A DNA stretch of 46,741 nt from Chloroflexota bacterium (lineage in GTDB: Bacteria; Chloroflexota; Limnocylindria; Limnocylindrales; CSP1-4): assembly GCA_025935655.1 (NCBI GenBank), contig JAICUV010000001.1, forward strand, positions 1 through 46,741, read 5' to 3'. Both the position numbers and the translations under genes were made by a program. The first letter of the stretch is position 1. Every line of letters starts with the position of its first letter. The notes beneath the pieces are model-generated. The model was not told the DNA's origin, searched no databases, and saw nothing but the letters and a program-made list of their open reading frames with translations. This document shows positions 43,175-46,741 of the stretch, piece after piece.

Positions 43175-43377
43175 CGGGTGCCTCGATCGGGTGGGGGCGA
43201 CGGGCGGGACGATCACGGCCACGATACTCGCCGCACCACACCGTCGCCCACTTGGTCCGATGGCGTACGATCGCCGCAACCCGAGCCAGCACCACGTACG
43301 GGGCTCGTCCGAGTCCGTCGATCGCCGACGGCCGGATGCATGAGCCCGCGATGACCTGGACGGGAGGAGGTTCCTGC

Positions 43378-44499
<1,122 letters not shown>

Positions 44500-44517
44500 C
44501 CGTCCCGAGACCACCTG

Positions 44518-44556
44518 CGGCCGGCTCGCCATCGCGGCGGGCCGGCCGTTCGCTTG
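44518..44556 (+). terminator. possible terminator/attenuator hairpin between the msiK-like and NUDIX genes
   Basis: CGGCCGGC (44518-44525) pairs with GCCGGCCG (44541-44548), followed by TTCGCTTG. The loop is long and the U tract poor. Confidence 0.3.
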
Positions 44557-44570
44557 TACCGGAGGTTCCC

Positions 44571-45179
44571 GTGCCCCAGCCCGACGCCACCCCCTTCGGT
44601 GACGACCCGCTCGAGGAGCGCGTCGTCGAGCGTCGGCTCATCCACCGCGGCCGCTACCTCGAGTTCCGGGTCGACACGATCGAGCGCGCGGACGGCAGCA
44701 CCGCGACGCGTGACGTCGTCGGCCACCCGGGCGCGATCGCGGTGCTGGCCCTGGACGACGAGATGCGGCTCCTGCTCGTCCGCCAGTGGCGGATCCCCGC
44801 GGAGCGGGCCATGCTCGAGATCCCGGCCGGGACGCTCGACGTCCACGACGGCGCGACCGAGGACCCCGACCTCGCCGCCCGGCGCGAGCTCGAGGAGGAG
44901 ACGGGGTCGCGCGCCGCGAGCTGGCGCAAGCTCGCCGCGTTCTGGACGGCGCCGGGGTTCGCCTCGGAGCTGATGCACCTCTACCTCGCCCGCGGCCTCA
45001 CCAGCGTCCACGGCGACGACGACCGGCTGACACCCGACGAGGACGAGCGCCTGGAGCTGTCGCGGCTGACGATCGACGAGGCGCTGGCGCTCGTCGACGA
45101 CGGCGGGATCAGCGACGCGAAGACGATCCTGGGCGTCCTCTGGCTCGACCGGCTGCGCCGCGCGGGCGAGCTGGGCTGA
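44571..45179 (+). CDS. NUDIX hydrolase (ADP-ribose pyrophosphatase-like)
   Basis: GTG start with GGAGG 6 nt upstream. Nudix box region GTLDVHDGATEDPDLAARRELEEETG. Confidence 0.85.
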   Translation: MPQPDATPFGDDPLEERVVERRLIHRGRYLEFRVDTIERADGSTATRDVVGHPGAIAVLALDDEMRLLLVRQWRIPAERAMLEIPAGTLDVHDGATEDPDLAARRELEEETGSRAASWRKLAAFWTAPGFASELMHLYLARGLTSVHGDDDRLTPDEDERLELSRLTIDEALALVDDGGISDAKTILGVLWLDRLRRAGELG

Positions 45180-45189
45180 CCCTTCGCCC

Positions 45190-46119
45190 GTGGCGCGCGG
45201 CCTGACCGACGACGAGCTGCCCGCGGGCGTCCGCGCGTTCCGGGCCGGGGACGAGGTCGGGATCCTCGCGGCCATGCACCGGATGCACGACCGCGGCGAG
45301 CTGGAGGGCGTGGACCGGCCGTTCCTCGCCGAGTCGGCGGAGCGGATGGCGTCGGAGCCGTGGCTGGTATCCGTGGCCGAGGACGAGGGACGGCTGGCCG
45401 GCTGGGTCGCGCCGGTCCATGACGACCTGTCGGTGGATCTGCCGTTCCGGCGCCGCGGGCACGGCACGCGCCTCGTGGAGGCGGGCAGGCGGATGGCCGC
45501 CGCGACGGGCCGGACCGAGCTGCGGCTGTGGGTGCCGCACCGGCCCGATGCCGAGGCGTTCGCGCGGGCCCTGGGCTTCCGCTACCAGTCGTCCCTGTGG
45601 AAGCTCCGGCTGGACCCGACGACGCCGGTCGCGGCGCCGGCGTTCCCCGACGACGTCGTGGTCCGGTGGGTGGAGCCGGGAGCGGACGACGCGGCCGTCG
45701 TGGACGTCGCGAACACGATCTTCCTCGACCACCCCTCGCCGATCCAGCTCGAGCTCGAGCACGTGGCGCGGGTCCACGCGAAGCCGGGCTTCGACCCTTC
45801 CACGCTGCTCCTCGTGGCGCCTGCCGAGGACCGGGAGCGGATCATCGGCTTCTGCCGCCTGGGCGCGTGGCAGGACGACGCGGGCGAGCTCGTGGGCGAC
45901 GTACGGCTGGTGGGCGTCGTGCGCGAGTGGCGCGGGCGGGGCCTGGGTCGGCAGCTCGTGCGGTGGGGCGTGGAGGCGCTCCGATCGCGCGGCGCGGGCG
46001 TGATCCACCTCGACGTGGACAGCGAGAACGAGGACGCGCTCCACCTGTACGAGACGCTCGGGTTCGCCCCCGAGGTGGAGTGGCCGCACTGGGTGATCCC
46101 GGTGGGCGACGGCCGCTAG
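45190..46119 (+). CDS. tandem-GNAT acetyltransferase, mycothiol synthase (MshD)-like architecture
   Basis: 309 aa with two GNAT halves. The second has the acetyl-CoA loop LVGVVREWRGRGLGRQLVRWGVEAL and ...DSENEDALHLYETLGF. The overall layout resembles MshD, but the assignment is not verified. Confidence 0.75.
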   Translation: MARGLTDDELPAGVRAFRAGDEVGILAAMHRMHDRGELEGVDRPFLAESAERMASEPWLVSVAEDEGRLAGWVAPVHDDLSVDLPFRRRGHGTRLVEAGRRMAAATGRTELRLWVPHRPDAEAFARALGFRYQSSLWKLRLDPTTPVAAPAFPDDVVVRWVEPGADDAAVVDVANTIFLDHPSPIQLELEHVARVHAKPGFDPSTLLLVAPAEDRERIIGFCRLGAWQDDAGELVGDVRLVGVVREWRGRGLGRQLVRWGVEALRSRGAGVIHLDVDSENEDALHLYETLGFAPEVEWPHWVIPVGDGR

Positions 46120-46592
46120 CCTGCGGCGCTCTCCGGATCGGCGGCGTCCGGCTCGTCCGCGCCATCGTCGCCGGCCGGCGCCTTGGGGTCCGGGATCCGG
46201 GCGAGCGCCTGGCGATACAGGGCGGTGCCCGGCGAGAGCGCGACGGCCAGGCGGAGATGGACCCATGCCTCGCGCTCGCGGCCCACCTTCTTGAGGCTCT
46301 GCCCGAGCGCGAACTGCGCGTAGTGCGACGAGGGATCGAGGTCCAGCAGGCTCTCGAACGTCTCGCGCGCCCGGTCGTGCTGCCCGGAGTTGAAGTACGC
46401 CCGTCCGAGCGCCTCGAGGATCGACGCCTTCCCCGGCTCGAGCTTCGCGGCCCGCTCCAGGACGACCGCCGCCTGGGCGTGATGGCGCCGCTTGAGGAGG
46501 CCCTGGCCGCGTTGCAGGAGCTCGTACGCCGACTCGCGGTCGGCGGGATCCGGCGGCGGCACGCGGTCCTGGGTCACGCCCGATCCTTGCAC
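46116..46592 (-). CDS. tetratricopeptide-repeat protein
   Basis: 158 aa with three TPR-like units (AYELLQRGQGLLKRRHHAQAAVVLERAAKLEP; ILEALGRAYFNSGQHDRARETFESLLDLDP; AQFALGQSLKKVGREREAWVHLRLAVALSP). GTG start. Confidence 0.75.
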   Translation of the reverse strand: MQGSGVTQDRVPPPDPADRESAYELLQRGQGLLKRRHHAQAAVVLERAAKLEPGKASILEALGRAYFNSGQHDRARETFESLLDLDPSSHYAQFALGQSLKKVGREREAWVHLRLAVALSPGTALYRQALARIPDPKAPAGDDGADEPDAADPESAAG

Positions 46593-46687
46593 GAATCGGC
46601 CGGGGGCGCCGGTAGGATGGATGGCGCCGCGCGCGTCGCGCCCCTGCCCCGGGCGCCCGCAGGCATCGCCCGAGGACCGAGCCGCTC

Positions 46688-46741
46688 GTGACCCTGCCCG
46701 TCATCCGCCTCGCGATCGCGCTGTTCCTCGTGCAGGCGGGC
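46688..46741 (+). CDS. 5' fragment of a membrane/secreted protein gene running off the window
   Basis: GTG at 46688 followed by 17 codons, all with G/C at position 3 (VTLPVIRLAIALFLVQAG, hydrophobic). TAGGAT -10-like hexamer at 46613-46618. Confidence 0.3.
   Translation, partial: MTLPVIRLAIALFLVQAG

Overview
Very high-GC (by eye above 70%) chromosomal segment with an Actinobacteria-like gene set: F420-type LLM oxidoreductase, MshD-like tandem GNAT, MsiK-type shared sugar ATPase and many apparently leaderless genes. The window is densely coding, with about 40 genes, and most long alternative-frame ORFs in the track are GC-driven artefacts. Content: (i) an NHEJ pair, three-domain LigD (9-2792) and Ku (6127-7089), separated by three unrelated genes. 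(ii) Secreted or envelope proteins: a multi-domain S8 subtilase, an M1-like metallopeptidase, a CAP/SCP protein and lipoproteins. (iii) A MacB/FtsX-type ABC exporter pair. (iv) tRNA-His(GTG). (v) A LacI-controlled disaccharide-phosphorolysis operon (SBP, two permeases, an in-frame GH65 phosphorylase::beta-phosphoglucomutase fusion), with alpha-PGM and the MsiK-like ATPase unlinked about 16 kb away. (vi) Redox enzymes: a GlcD-like oxidase, a large FAD/Fe-S oxidoreductase, pirin and flavodoxin. (vii) An orphan Cache-type histidine kinase. (viii) Prolyl oligopeptidase, NUDIX, several GNATs and a TPR protein. I found no mobile element, CRISPR array or recognisable defence island. The items most worth follow-up are an orphan coiled-coil protein with a PD-(D/E)xK-like core (9648-10943), a cluster of small CPxC / zinc-ribbon proteins next to the prolyl oligopeptidase (37.5-39.4 kb), and the GH65::beta-PGM read-through fusion. 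Also notable are a recurrent GGCATACT-N6-7-ATG leaderless promoter signature, a hairpin-rich 25-bp tandem-repeat spacer (18.15-18.37 kb), a 600-bp ORF-poor gap with clustered TGACC/GGTCA inverted repeats, and three convergent gene pairs sharing a CTAG overlapping-stop tetramer. All functional calls come from motif recognition in the translated ORFs; no database search was possible.
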